DNA from: Myxococcota bacterium
GTDB taxonomy: Bacteria; Myxococcota_A; UBA796; CAJQPC01
Length of the DNA stretch: 64,000 bases
Reading direction: 5' to 3'
Assembly (NCBI GenBank): GCA_036229005.1
Contig: JAZAMN010000052.1
Coordinates: 256,001 to 320,000 of the forward strand
The position numbers and the translations under genes were made by a program. The notes beneath the pieces were generated by a model. The model ran no database searches and was not told the origin of the DNA. It saw only the letters and a list, made by a program, of their open reading frames with translations. Positions 8,922 through 18,616 of the stretch are shown here, in pieces (position 1 is the first letter of the stretch; every line of letters begins with the position of its first letter).

Positions 8922-10457
8922 ATGGTCGACGGCCACGAGCTGGTTCTGATCCTGGACTTTGGCTCCCAGTACACCCAGCTCATCGCGCGGCGTCTCCGCG
9001 AGCAGGCGGTCTACTGCGAGATCCGCCCCTGCACGGACAAGGTCCCCGCCGAGCTGCCCAAGCTCAAGGGACTGATCCTCTCGGGCGGCCCCGACAGCGT
9101 GCTCAGCGACAAGCGTCCGGCGTTCGACCCGGCGTGGCTGGAGCTGGACGTGCCCGTGTTGGGGATCTGCTACGGCATGCAGCTCCTCACCGTCCTGGAC
9201 GGCGGCAGCGTCGAGCGCGGTCAGAAGCGGGAGTACGGCAAGGCCACCCTCGAGCTTGGGCAGGACCCTGGCCGCTTGTTCAAGGGCCTTTCGTTGGAGT
9301 CCCAGGTCTGGATGAGCCACGGTGACCACGTGGAGCGTGCACCGGAGGGCTACCAGGCCGCCGCGCTGTCCTCGGGCTGCCCGGTCGCTGCCTTCGAGAA
9401 CGCCAGCGCGCGCCGCTACGGGCTGCAGTTCCACCCCGAGGTGACCCACTCCCACGAGGGCACCCAGCTCCTCAAGAACTTCCTGTTCGACATCTGCGGC
9501 TGCAGCGGCGACTGGTCGATGGGGAGCTTTGTGGACGAGCAGGTCGCGCTGATCCGCGAGAAGGTCGGCGACGGCAAGGTGATCTGTGGTCTCTCCGGCG
9601 GCGTGGACTCCAGCGTCACTGCGGCGCTGATCCATGAGGCGATCGGCGACCAGCTCACCTGCATCTTCGTGGACCACGGGCTGCTGCGTCTGGGTGAGCG
9701 CGAGAGCGTCGCCAAGGAGTTCTCGGACTACAACCTGGTGGTCGTGGACGCCGAGGCGCTCTTCCTGGGCAAGCTCGCCGGCGTCACCGACCCGGAGACC
9801 AAGCGCAAGATCATCGGCGAGACCTTCATCCGCGTGTTCGAGGAGGAGGCCCGCAAGGTGGGCGGCGCCAAGTGGCTGGCGCAGGGCACCCTCTACCCGG
9901 ACGTCATCGAGTCGGTGTCCTTCAAGGGCCCCAGCGCGACCATCAAGAGCCACCACAACGTGGGTGGCCTGCCCGAGGACATGGAGCTCAAGCTCATCGA
10001 GCCTCTGCGGGAGCTCTTCAAGGACGAGGTCCGCGCCTTGGGCCGCGAGCTGGGCCTGAACCCCTGGCGCATCGACCGCCACCCCTTCCCGGGGCCAGGG
10101 CTGGCCATCCGCATCCTGGGGGAGATCACCAAGGAGCGCTGCGATGTGCTCCGCAAGGCCGACCACATCGCCATGGAGGAGATCCGCAAGGCGGGGCTCT
10201 ACGACGAGATCTGGCAGGCCCTGACGGTGCTGCTCCCGGTCAAGACTGTCGGAGTCATGGGCGATGAGCGCACCTACGAGGCGGTCGCCGCCCTGCGCTG
10301 TGTGACCTCGACCGACGGCATGACGGCGGACTGGTACCCCATGGACCCGCGCGTGCTGGGGCGCATCTCCAGCCGCGTGATCAACGAGGTGCGCGGCATC
10401 AACCGCGTGGTCTACGACATCAGCTCAAAGCCCCCCGCCACCATCGAGTGGGAGTAG
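8922..10457 (+). CDS. guaA: GMP synthase (glutamine-hydrolysing)
   Basis: [53 protein letters not shown]. Confidence 0.98.
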   Translation: MVDGHELVLILDFGSQYTQLIARRLREQAVYCEIRPCTDKVPAELPKLKGLILSGGPDSVLSDKRPAFDPAWLELDVPVLGICYGMQLLTVLDGGSVERGQKREYGKATLELGQDPGRLFKGLSLESQVWMSHGDHVERAPEGYQAAALSSGCPVAAFENASARRYGLQFHPEVTHSHEGTQLLKNFLFDICGCSGDWSMGSFVDEQVALIREKVGDGKVICGLSGGVDSSVTAALIHEAIGDQLTCIFVDHGLLRLGERESVAKEFSDYNLVVVDAEALFLGKLAGVTDPETKRKIIGETFIRVFEEEARKVGGAKWLAQGTLYPDVIESVSFKGPSATIKSHHNVGGLPEDMELKLIEPLRELFKDEVRALGRELGLNPWRIDRHPFPGPGLAIRILGEITKERCDVLRKADHIAMEEIRKAGLYDEIWQALTVLLPVKTVGVMGDERTYEAVAALRCVTSTDGMTADWYPMDPRVLGRISSRVINEVRGINRVVYDISSKPPATIEWE

Positions 10458-10466
10458 GGGAGGGCG

Positions 10467-11318
10467 CTACTCCTTGCTGGAGTCGGCGTCCGCTGCCAAG
10501 GGGAGCGCGTCGTCCGGGAGCCCCAGCCAGTCCAGGGCTTCCTGACGCAGAGCGCGGGCCACCAGCAGCGGGAGCTCGGCCTCGGTCGGGCTGCCCCGCT
10601 CCAGGTTGCGGCGGTAGACCCGCACCTGCTCTGGGGCGGTGGCCCAGGCCTTCTTGAAGCCAACGGGGGGCGGCGTCCCCTTGTACAGGGCGCCTGCGGC
10701 CGGAGACAGTGGCGGCTCCTGCGTGCGCAGCTCTTCGAGATCGGGGAGCCACGCCAAGGTCAGAGGCACCTTGATGAACCAGTCCCGGAGCTGCTCGGGC
10801 AGCAGGTCCCGGCCCAGGTCGAGGGCGCGTGTCCAGGTGGCCTCAGAGAAGGTCGGCGTGTAGGGAAAGTGCACAGGCTCCAGGCGGGCTGCCTGCCGAA
10901 AGGCGCGGTCCGCGTCCTCCAGGTGGCCCAGGAACTCCAGGCCCACGCCCAGGTAGTACCAGGCAGGCGCGAACGCGGGCTCCAGTTGGATCGCATGCTG
11001 GGCGGCCTTCACGCAGGAGTCCAGCTCGGTGAGCTCGAAGCTGGCCAGCGAGAGCCCGGCCCAGGCGCGGAGGTTGTCGGGCCCGAGCTGCAGAACATGC
11101 TCAAAGGCGAGCCGTGCTGTGGCGTAAGCCCCGACCTCGAGGCTGGCCTCGCCGACCACCAGGAGGGCGTCGACGTTGTCGGGATCGTCGTCGAGCAGCT
11201 CCTCCGCTTCGGTGATCGCCTCGTCGACCTGTCCCTTCTCGAAGGCGTCCGCAGCGCGGCGCAGCCGGAGCTCATCCAGCCCGCCGAGCTCGTTGGCCCA
11301 AGCGCTCCAGTCCATCAC
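10467..11318 (-). CDS. TPR repeats plus a minimal zincin-like domain lacking the HExxH motif
   Basis: About four TPR-like units, then LYKGTP..VRVYRRNLER..EL...VARALRQEALDWLGL. Confidence 0.65.
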   Translation of the reverse strand: MMDWSAWANELGGLDELRLRRAADAFEKGQVDEAITEAEELLDDDPDNVDALLVVGEASLEVGAYATARLAFEHVLQLGPDNLRAWAGLSLASFELTELDSCVKAAQHAIQLEPAFAPAWYYLGVGLEFLGHLEDADRAFRQAARLEPVHFPYTPTFSEATWTRALDLGRDLLPEQLRDWFIKVPLTLAWLPDLEELRTQEPPLSPAAGALYKGTPPPVGFKKAWATAPEQVRVYRRNLERGSPTEAELPLLVARALRQEALDWLGLPDDALPLAADADSSKE

Positions 11319-11344
11319 GCTGCCTCCAAGACAGAGGCTGCCCT

Positions 11345-12226
11345 CTATCGGAGGAAGAACACCACAGCCACGGCAACGAGCATGAAGATGAACACGGCTG
11401 CGGCGATCAGGGGCGTCTTGGACTTGCCCCCCGCCTCTGCGGCAGGCGCGGCGGGGGCGTTCTCCTTGGGCGCCGGAGCGTCGGCGACCTTGGGTGCGGG
11501 GGTGGGCTCAGGCTCGGGGACCTTGTAGCGGGCGTAGGCGCCGCCGCGGAGGGCCAGCGCGAAGGCCGCGAACTCGGCGATGTCCTTGCAGAGCACCAGG
11601 TCGGAGAGCATCCAGGTCTCGAAGGCCTGCTCCTCCTTGCCCTCGCTCATGCGACCGCCCTCGTAGAGGGGGAGCGGGCCCCAGTCCAGGTTGGCCTTCT
11701 CCGGCACCTCGGTGAAGGCGACGCCGGCCTTGTCGCGCAGCGCACGCTTGAGCGCGTAGCGGGCCTGCAGCACGGCCAGGGGGTAGCCGCCCGCGGCGTC
11801 GGAGACCGTCTTGACCTCCTCCAGGCTGCTGGAGGTGTCGAAGCTCAGGGCCAGGAGCTGGCGCTGCTGCGGGGTCAGGTGTGGAGCGACCTGCTGGAGC
11901 AGCTCTGTGGGGCTGCGCTGACCGGTCAGGGCGTTGGGGTGATCACCACCCTGGACGCGGCCGCCGGCGACCTGGATCTCCTCGGCGATGATGCCGTGCG
12001 CCCAGCCCGGGAGCTGACGGGCCTCGGTCACCGAAGCCACGCCCTGTGCGAAGCGCTGGCAGGCCCGCTCCAGCGGGCTGCGGCAGTTCCGATCCCCAAG
12101 CCGGGAGGCGGAGATGGCGTAGTACCAGTCGGAGAATCGCTGCGCCATGACCTGTCCGGCCTGCGCGTCCCCCGAGCGCCACTTGTTGAAGAGCTGTTGG
12201 GTGGTCTGCCCGGCCAGATCCGACAT
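11345..12226 (-). CDS. Divergent ECF sigma-like protein fused to an anti-sigma-like segment and a C-terminal TM anchor
   Basis: WRSGDAQAG..W.HGI (sigma2-like); LTPQQRQLLAL..SLEEV..QARYALKRAL (sigma4-like); LPLYEGGRM..E.W...D..C; Pro/Ala linker; C-terminal hydrophobic helix. Confidence 0.55.
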   Translation of the reverse strand: MSDLAGQTTQQLFNKWRSGDAQAGQVMAQRFSDWYYAISASRLGDRNCRSPLERACQRFAQGVASVTEARQLPGWAHGIIAEEIQVAGGRVQGGDHPNALTGQRSPTELLQQVAPHLTPQQRQLLALSFDTSSSLEEVKTVSDAAGGYPLAVLQARYALKRALRDKAGVAFTEVPEKANLDWGPLPLYEGGRMSEGKEEQAFETWMLSDLVLCKDIAEFAAFALALRGGAYARYKVPEPEPTPAPKVADAPAPKENAPAAPAAEAGGKSKTPLIAAAVFIFMLVAVAVVFFLR

Positions 12227-12292
12227 CGAATGACTCCTAGGCCGCGAGGATAGGCCCCGCGCTCACTGCAAGCAAGGTAGCCAGAAATGGCC

Positions 12293-13585
12293 TCAGAGGC
12301 CCGGCAGGGACCTGAGTCGCTCCTGAACCACCGGGTTGTCTGGCTCCAGCGCCCCCGCTCTCTCGTACAAGCTGCGCGCTTCGTCGAATCTGCCGGCCTT
12401 GACGTACAGGTCCGCGAGCCGAATCGTGCCGGAGAAATAGCTGGGATCGATGTCCACGACCTGCTCGTAGGCATAGGTCGCGGTCTCCCACTCAGCGCGC
12501 ATGCGCGCATCACCGCCCATGTAGCGGTAGTAGTCGCGGAGCTGGTCTGTCCCCAGGTGGAAGGCTCCGATCAGCGCCGCGGCGACAAAGGGCGCGGCCA
12601 CCTGCACCGCACCTCGGCTGCCCCAGATCGCAGCCAGTGTGCCGGCAAATGCCAGGCTGGCGGTGAGCCACCGGGCTTCGAGGGGGAGGATCAACACGAC
12701 CCCGGAGACCGCCAGAGCGCCGGCCAGCCAGAGCCACTCGGGGCGCGCCTGACGGAGCTGGGGTCTGGGCAGGCCCTCAAAGAGCCTGGGCGGGAGCATC
12801 AGCAGGTACAGGGTGACCATGATGTAGGAGAAGTTGCCGATCTTGAAGCCGGAGGCCTCGATGCCGACGTGCAGTGCGACGCCCAGGATCAAGGTGGGCC
12901 AGCGCAGCTTCTCGGGCCAGAGGAAGCCGATGGCCAGCCCGAACTCCAGGAACAACACGCTCCAGGCCAGGACTGCATACATCCCGGAGTCCCCGATCCC
13001 AGCGAGGTCACCCGCAGCGCTCACCAGGTCCCGGGCCCACTGCTCGGCCAGCAGCCGGCTCATGACCTCGCCAGACAGCCACTGGGGCTCGGCCTTGGTC
13101 ACCGCGGTCCAGAAGTAGACGATGGCGATCTGAGCGCGCAGGAGCCTGGGCGCCCACGGGGGAAGCTCCTTGCCGTCGCCGTCCACCCAGACCGCGCCCG
13201 CCAGCAGCCCCAGGATCACGACCACCAGGTAGTGATGCTGGTAGCTGTCGAGCTGGGACCAGAAGTAGCCGACGCTGTAGAGCGCGAAGAGCGCGGGGAG
13301 GGTGCGCCGGAGCTGCACACCGAAGGCCACGAGCACGGCCAGCACGACCTGGAGCAGGACCAGGCCGAGCATCCACCGCGCCTCGGGGGCGGGGATCAGG
13401 CCGTCGAGAGCGGGGAAGTGGCTGACGTTGAAGTTGCCCGCGCCGTAGCGGGAGAGGTGGGAGATCTGCGTGAAGGCGTCGAAGCCGAGCAGCAGGAAGA
13501 GGGCGCTGCGGAGCGGGCGGTTCAGGGCGCGCTCGTCCGAGGAGAACCAGTAGCGGTCCCAGAGGCTGGGGCGGGGCTCAGTCAC
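12293..13585 (-). CDS. HTTM-domain (vitamin K-dependent gamma-carboxylase-like) membrane protein with C-terminal TPR
   Basis: YQHHYL, QIAIVYFWTAVTK..P.WLSG, IGNFSYIM; multiple TM helices; GTG start overlapping the upstream stop. Confidence 0.8.
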   Translation of the reverse strand: MTEPRPSLWDRYWFSSDERALNRPLRSALFLLLGFDAFTQISHLSRYGAGNFNVSHFPALDGLIPAPEARWMLGLVLLQVVLAVLVAFGVQLRRTLPALFALYSVGYFWSQLDSYQHHYLVVVILGLLAGAVWVDGDGKELPPWAPRLLRAQIAIVYFWTAVTKAEPQWLSGEVMSRLLAEQWARDLVSAAGDLAGIGDSGMYAVLAWSVLFLEFGLAIGFLWPEKLRWPTLILGVALHVGIEASGFKIGNFSYIMVTLYLLMLPPRLFEGLPRPQLRQARPEWLWLAGALAVSGVVLILPLEARWLTASLAFAGTLAAIWGSRGAVQVAAPFVAAALIGAFHLGTDQLRDYYRYMGGDARMRAEWETATYAYEQVVDIDPSYFSGTIRLADLYVKAGRFDEARSLYERAGALEPDNPVVQERLRSLPGL

Positions 13586-13943
13586 AGAGGGGCTCGCTGA
13601 GCTTGCTGTAGACGGGGGTGTCGCCATCGAGCTCCCGGCAGCGGTAGAGCAGTCGGGGATCCTGGTGTCCGTGGGTGATGCAGACGCGCTCGCTGACGGC
13701 GTCGACCACGGAGGGACGTCCGCGCTTGAGCAGGGTGATCCACGCGGAGTGGAACTCGCGCTTGAGGTTCAGCTCCTGGCCATCGACCTGGTAGCTGACC
13801 TGGCAAGAGAGCAGCCGCGTCTCGGAGAACATGCGCCAGGCGAAGCGCTCGTCGTAGGGATCCGAGCTCCCCAGGTAGTAGTGGAGAGGGAACAGGGCCT
13901 GAAACAACAAGGCCCCACCGATGAAGAGGGTTCTGCGATCCAC
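13578..13943 (-). CDS. Small membrane-anchored partner resembling the last TM and luminal segment of gamma-carboxylase-like proteins
   Basis: LFQALFPLHYYL...RFAWRMFS; GTG start 7 nt after TACAAT; overlaps the HTTM gene start. Confidence 0.65.
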   Translation of the reverse strand: MDRRTLFIGGALLFQALFPLHYYLGSSDPYDERFAWRMFSETRLLSCQVSYQVDGQELNLKREFHSAWITLLKRGRPSVVDAVSERVCITHGHQDPRLLYRCRELDGDTPVYSKLSEPLCD

Positions 13944-13996
13944 GGCAGAGATTGTAGGCCGCCAGCGAGGCATGGGCGAGCGCGCCGCAGGACGCT

Positions 13997-14398
13997 ATGT
14001 CCCAGGTCATGCCGCTGCCCCTCGATGTCCTCGCTGATGCCCGTCAGGCCCGTATTGAGCTGGAGGGGGTGCCGATCTCCGAGGGGTTGGCTGCGGCCCC
14101 CCGGCTGCTCCCCAGGGTCTTCGTCTTCTCCGCGCAGCGTCCAATGGGGGGCCCGCTGGATGCTCAGGACGGCGAGCGCCAGAGGGTGTTGCTGAACACC
14201 GTGAAGCAGAAGGGGCTGGTCTTCCACCCCGTGCAGTTGAGCTGGCGGGGGCAAACGCAGGAGGCGGTGGCTGTGCAGGGCTGCACGCGCGCTGAGGCCG
14301 TGAAGCTGGCCTACAAGCGCAAGCAGTGGTGCGTCTGGGAGCTGGGCCGGGAGACGACCCGCGTCATCTACACTGGCCTGAACAGCCGCATGAAGTGA
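13997..14398 (+). CDS. DUF3293-like protein
   Basis: FSA.RP.G..L....E...L......G..F...........E.....G..R.EA..LA....Q pattern; start may be ATG 14009. Confidence 0.5.
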   Translation: MSQVMPLPLDVLADARQARIELEGVPISEGLAAAPRLLPRVFVFSAQRPMGGPLDAQDGERQRVLLNTVKQKGLVFHPVQLSWRGQTQEAVAVQGCTRAEAVKLAYKRKQWCVWELGRETTRVIYTGLNSRMK

Positions 14399-14428
14399 GG
14401 CCCGCGGGGGCCTCGGGCTCCGGTGGAC

Positions 14429-14836
14429 TCAGTGGTCCTCGCTGACCTCGTTGCGCTTCCAGGTGGGGAGCTCGACGACCACGTCTTCGCTCCCATCCGG
14501 GACGCACTGGCAGGCCAGACGCGAGCTGTCGCGCAGGGCGGGGGCCAGGTCGAGCATGTCCTCTTCCTCGTCGATGGGCTCCGGCGCGGTGTCCAGGCCC
14601 TTCTCCACGTAGACGTGGCAGGTGGAGCAGGCGACCACGCCGCCGCACGCGTGGTCCAGGTCGACGCCGGCAGCGAGCAGGGAGCGCAGCAGGGAGCCCT
14701 TCTGGCCGTCGTACTTGCGGCCGGGGAGGTCTTCGGGATCGACCTCGATGACCTGGCCGCTGTTCTTGACGGTGATGCGGTAGGCCTTCTTGGGGGGCGG
14801 GGGCGGGGCTGCGTCGATGAAGGGGTTGCGTGCCAT
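14429..14836 (-). CDS. fdx: 2Fe-2S ferredoxin, adrenodoxin/ISC type
   Basis: HACGGVVACSTCHVYV, EEEDMLDLA, SRLACQ. Confidence 0.9.
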   Translation of the reverse strand: MARNPFIDAAPPPPPKKAYRITVKNSGQVIEVDPEDLPGRKYDGQKGSLLRSLLAAGVDLDHACGGVVACSTCHVYVEKGLDTAPEPIDEEEDMLDLAPALRDSSRLACQCVPDGSEDVVVELPTWKRNEVSEDH

Positions 14837-14958
14837 CGTCTCTCCTTGGGGTGCCTTGGGGGCTGGCGCGCCGGATGTTGCGCGCGTGGCGATGGGGGCG
14901 ACGGCCCGTTAACCGCGTGTGTCCCTCGGCGTGTCCGCCGGGTTGAGAAGGAGACGCG

Positions 14959-15726
14959 GTGTCCGACGAAAAGCGCACCCTGCCCGGTGAAGAAGAAGAG
15001 GTCGACTATCTCTTCCAGGCCCGCATGGGGCTCTTCAAGTGGTTCAGCTCGAACTGGAAGATCTTCGCGGGCATCGCGGCGGTCATCCTGGTGGGCTCCT
15101 TCTTCGTGTCGGTGTGGACCACGTTCCAGACCAACCAGGCCAAGAAGGGCGCCGCGGCGGTCCACGCGATCGACGCGAAGATGCCCAAGGTCGAGCAGAT
15201 GGCGCTGATGGGCATCCTCCCGATGGACGACCTCAGCGATCCCCAGCGGGTGGCGAACCTGGAGGAGGGCGCCCGCCGCTACGAGCAGGCTGGCGACGAC
15301 AACCTGGGCGCCGCTTCGGCCACCGCCTACCTCAAGGCAGCGCAGACCTGGGAGCGCCTGGGCAAGGCAGCCGAGGCCGAGGCCGCCTACCAGAAGGCGC
15401 TCGATGCCGACGACACCGGCGTGCTGGGCTTCTCGGCCCGGACCGCGCTCGCGCAGTACGCGCTGGACGCCGGCGACTCCGCCAAAGCGCTGGAGCACTA
15501 CAGCGTGATCGCGGGTCGGGAGGCCGGCTTCCTGGCGGAGCAGGCTCTGCTCTACACCGCCTCGGTCCAGGCGGATGCGGGCGACACCGCGGCGCTGCAG
15601 GCCACCTACGAGGACTTCATGGGGCGCTTCCCCAGCTCCCCGCGGGCGCAGCAGTTCCAGCGCTACCCCGACCTCAAGCCGGTCGCTGTCGCCGCCGACG
15701 CGCCCGCTGACCCTGTGGAGGGTTGA
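14959..15726 (+). CDS. YfgM-like membrane-anchored TPR protein
   Basis: Single TM after WFSSNWK, then TPR helices ending FMGRFPSSP; coupled to a BamB-like gene as in yfgM-bamB. Confidence 0.7.
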   Translation: MSDEKRTLPGEEEEVDYLFQARMGLFKWFSSNWKIFAGIAAVILVGSFFVSVWTTFQTNQAKKGAAAVHAIDAKMPKVEQMALMGILPMDDLSDPQRVANLEEGARRYEQAGDDNLGAASATAYLKAAQTWERLGKAAEAEAAYQKALDADDTGVLGFSARTALAQYALDAGDSAKALEHYSVIAGREAGFLAEQALLYTASVQADAGDTAALQATYEDFMGRFPSSPRAQQFQRYPDLKPVAVAADAPADPVEG

Positions 15727-16913
15727 TGGGGCCGCTGCTGCTGGCGCTGGCTCCGGTGATCTTCCAGGCGGAGCCGCCGGCGCGGGATTCAGGTGCCCTT
15801 CAGGCCTTGGAAGGACGCCTCGACCAGGCGCCCGTCCCACACTGGCAGCGTCGGCTCCCCGGGGTGCCCATCAGCGCCTTCACCCACACCGAGCGCAGCC
15901 GCCCGGTGAGCGATGGGGACTCCCTCTTTCTGGGGAGCGCGAGCTCCAGTGAGCTGCTGCAGATGAGCCGCACCACCGGAGAGGTCCTGGCCGTCTACCC
16001 GGCGGGAGCGCCCGTCCAATCCGAGGCCATCCTGTTGCCGGACGGCAAGGTGCTGTTCGCGGACACCGGCGGCTACACCTGGTGCTACGAGGTGGGCTCC
16101 GACGAGCCCCTGTGGTCGCACTTTGGCGGCGCCCCGATCGGTAGCGCGCCGACCGTGCAAGGGGCCCAGGTCTTTGTCTCCAATGTGGACGACGTCGTGT
16201 ACGCCCTGAGCGTGCACGATGGCTCGCTGAGCTGGCGCTACGCGCGGCCTGCGGACCCCACCCGCAGCTCGGAACTCACCCTCTACGGGGCTCCTGGTCC
16301 GGCGGTCGCCGGCCGGCTGCTGCTGGCTGGGTTTTCGGACGGCGCCGTCGTGGCGCTGGACATCGAAGACGGTGAGGTCAACTGGGAGCGCCGGGTGGGC
16401 GAGGGGCGCTACCCCGATGTCATCGCGACGCCGCTGGTGGACGAGGGAGATGTGTTCGTGGGCGGCTACTCCGAGCCGCTGGTGAGCTTCGACGCGGCGA
16501 CCCGCAATGTGCGTTGGCGCCTGGACGTCGGCAGCGCCGCGCCGCCGCTGCTGGTGGGGGACATCCTCTACCACGGGGCCACCGACGGGAAGCTGCGACG
16601 CATCGATCGAGCGACCGGTGGGGTGGTCTGGACCTGGGAGTCCGGGACCACGGGCGCGCTGACGCAGCCCCAACTCACGGATGCAGGCCTGTTGGTCGCC
16701 AGCTCGGATGGGAGCCTGTACCTGCTGGAGCCGGAGACAGGCGTCGAGCTTTGGCGCTATGACCCCGGCTACGTCCTCACCGGCATCACGGTGGCGCCGC
16801 TGGTCATCGGCCGTCAGTTGGTGGCGGTGACCAACGCGGGCCGGGTGCTGTCCATGCTCTCCCCGCAGGGGATCAGCCCGACCATGCCTCCGCTGGGTGC
16901 AGGGCGCCTCTGA
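15726..16913 (+). CDS. BamB-like PQQ-type beta-propeller
   Basis: Repeated ALD..DG...W units; hydrophobic N-terminus; follows the yfgM-like gene. Confidence 0.75.
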   Translation: MGPLLLALAPVIFQAEPPARDSGALQALEGRLDQAPVPHWQRRLPGVPISAFTHTERSRPVSDGDSLFLGSASSSELLQMSRTTGEVLAVYPAGAPVQSEAILLPDGKVLFADTGGYTWCYEVGSDEPLWSHFGGAPIGSAPTVQGAQVFVSNVDDVVYALSVHDGSLSWRYARPADPTRSSELTLYGAPGPAVAGRLLLAGFSDGAVVALDIEDGEVNWERRVGEGRYPDVIATPLVDEGDVFVGGYSEPLVSFDAATRNVRWRLDVGSAAPPLLVGDILYHGATDGKLRRIDRATGGVVWTWESGTTGALTQPQLTDAGLLVASSDGSLYLLEPETGVELWRYDPGYVLTGITVAPLVIGRQLVAVTNAGRVLSMLSPQGISPTMPPLGAGRL

Positions 16914-16961
16914 GCCTCCCGGCGTCTCTTGCGCCTTGGGGGCGCCTGCCGGGCGGCTGAC

Positions 16962-17969
16962 TCAGTCGGTCTCGCGCAGCGGGCCGTCCGGGAGGTCTTC
17001 CCAGCGGACGGTGCCGGGGGAGTAGACGGTGGCCTGGAACTGGCGGTGCACCACGCGCTCGTTGCGGTCCTCGGGGTCCTCGCCTGGGACCCAGGCCTCC
17101 AGGGACTCCTGCAGGGCCTGATCCGGGGCGGTGAGGGGCAGACCGAAGCGGGCCGAGATCCCCTCCATGTCGACGACGTGGTCCTGGCCGTACATCAGGC
17201 TCTGGCGGTCGATCCAGTGCTGCCAGCGGCGCCCGGCGATGCGGGCCACCCGGGAGAGGACCTGGTTGCCGCGGGAGATCCACTGCAGGTCATTGGGCTT
17301 GCCGCCCAGGGAGTAGGCCAGCTCGACCAGCTCCTCCATGCTGAGCTCTTGCGGGCCGCCCAGCTCCAGGATCTGGTCCTTGGCGGCGGGGTGGTCCAGG
17401 GCCGCCAGCGCGAAGAGCGCGGCGTCCTTGCGGGCCATGGGGGTGATGCGGGCCTGGGGCTTCCCGAAGAAGCGGGGGGAGGGGCCCTGCGCGTCGGACT
17501 CCCGCACCATGTCGGCGAACTCTTCGATGAAGGGGGCGCAGCGGAGGATGGTGTGGGAGAGCCCCGAGGCGCGCAGGTGCTCTTCGGCCTGGCGCTGGCT
17601 GTCGAACTGGGGGTTCTCGTAGCCGCGCCCGGCGCCCAGGCAGCTCACCATCACAAAGTGGCTGACCCCGCGGCCGCGGGCGGCCTCGATGAGGTCGATG
17701 CTGCCGCCCAGGGTCACGACGCTGTGGTGGTTGTCGCTGCTCTCGACCTCGAGGCCGGCGGCGTGGATCACGTGGGTCACGCCGCGGGTGGCGCGCCGCA
17801 GGGACTGGGCGTCCCGCAGATCGCCGAAGAAGTAGCTGCAGCCCGTGTCGTTGAGCCAGAAGTACTCCGAGCCCGCACGGACCAGCGCGCGAACGTCCAT
17901 CCTGGCCTGTCGGAGGAGGCGGACGATGCGCCCTCCGAGCCTTCCAGTCGCTCCGGTGACCAGGATCAT
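16962..17969 (-). CDS. NAD(P)-binding atypical SDR / NmrA-like oxidoreductase
   Basis: MILVTGATGRLG, VRALVR, GDLRD, LRASGLSHTILR, ELGGP. Confidence 0.85.
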   Translation of the reverse strand: MILVTGATGRLGGRIVRLLRQARMDVRALVRAGSEYFWLNDTGCSYFFGDLRDAQSLRRATRGVTHVIHAAGLEVESSDNHHSVVTLGGSIDLIEAARGRGVSHFVMVSCLGAGRGYENPQFDSQRQAEEHLRASGLSHTILRCAPFIEEFADMVRESDAQGPSPRFFGKPQARITPMARKDAALFALAALDHPAAKDQILELGGPQELSMEELVELAYSLGGKPNDLQWISRGNQVLSRVARIAGRRWQHWIDRQSLMYGQDHVVDMEGISARFGLPLTAPDQALQESLEAWVPGEDPEDRNERVVHRQFQATVYSPGTVRWEDLPDGPLRETD

Positions 17970-18036
17970 GTGCGCCTCCAGCGGTCTCTGGCATGTATCG
18001 TCTCGGGCCGAGGCGACAAGCGCAGAGGAGCGTCAG

Positions 18037-18369
18037 ATGTCAGATGAAAAGCAGGGTCAGGGAGCGGGAGGCCCGGAGGCCGAGCCCCTGGGGCCCTTGG
18101 TGAGTGAAGCCATGATTGAGCTGCTTGGTGGCGTCGCGCGTCGAGGCCGGAGCGAGGTCGGGCGGCTGGCTCGCAGGGGCAAGGAGCGCCTGGAGGCCAA
18201 CCAGGCGCGGAAGGACCTGGACCACCTGTACCAGAAGCTGGGCCGGGAGACGGTTCGGCTGGTGGAGGCTGGAGAGGTGGTGCATCCGGGGCTGGTGGCG
18301 GGCGCAGAGCGGATCGCCCAGCACCAGAAAAAGGCGGCGGCGGCAGAAGCGCAGGAAGAAGGCGGATGA
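18037..18369 (+). CDS. Small helical hypothetical protein
   Basis: GAGGAG RBS before ATG 18037; amphipathic helix ARKDLDHLYQKLGRETVRLV. Confidence 0.6.
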   Translation: MSDEKQGQGAGGPEAEPLGPLVSEAMIELLGGVARRGRSEVGRLARRGKERLEANQARKDLDHLYQKLGRETVRLVEAGEVVHPGLVAGAERIAQHQKKAAAAEAQEEGG

Positions 18370-18426
18370 GTGACGGGCGCATCCGGCCCGGGGTCACAAA
18401 AGTGGTCCTTTTTGGGATCGCCGGAG

Positions 18427-18455
18427 TTGCTTGGGGGAGTGGGCGTCATTAAAAG
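18427..18455 (+). promoter_or_regulatory. Putative sigma70 promoter for tRNA-Ala
   Basis: TTGCTT-N17-TAAAAG followed by a GC-rich stretch. Confidence 0.4.
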
Positions 18456-18501
18456 GCTGGTGCCCGGACGGGGAAACCCGCTCGAACGCTTCCAACACTG
18501 T

Positions 18502-18577
18502 GGGGCTGTAGCTCAGTTGGGAGAGCACTTGAATGGCATTCAAGGGGTCAGGGGTTCAAGTCCCCTCAGCTCCACCA
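18502..18577 (+). tRNA. tRNA-Ala (GGC)
   Basis: GGGGCTG acceptor with G3-U70, AGCTCAGTTGGGAGAGC D-arm, CTTGA-ATGGCAT-TCAAG anticodon arm, GGTTCAAGTCC T-arm, encoded CCA. Confidence 0.97.
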
Positions 18578-18579
18578 TA

Positions 18580-18616
18580 GAAACCCCGCCGGTAACCCCG
18601 GCGGGGTTTTCTCTTT
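18580..18616 (+). terminator. Intrinsic terminator after tRNA-Ala
   Basis: aaaccccgccgg/ccggcggggttt stem followed by tctcttt. Confidence 0.85.

Noticed and set aside
14429..14836. Ferredoxin as marker of an isc or P450 cluster
   Set aside because: No isc, hsc or P450 genes nearby; an isolated ferredoxin is unremarkable
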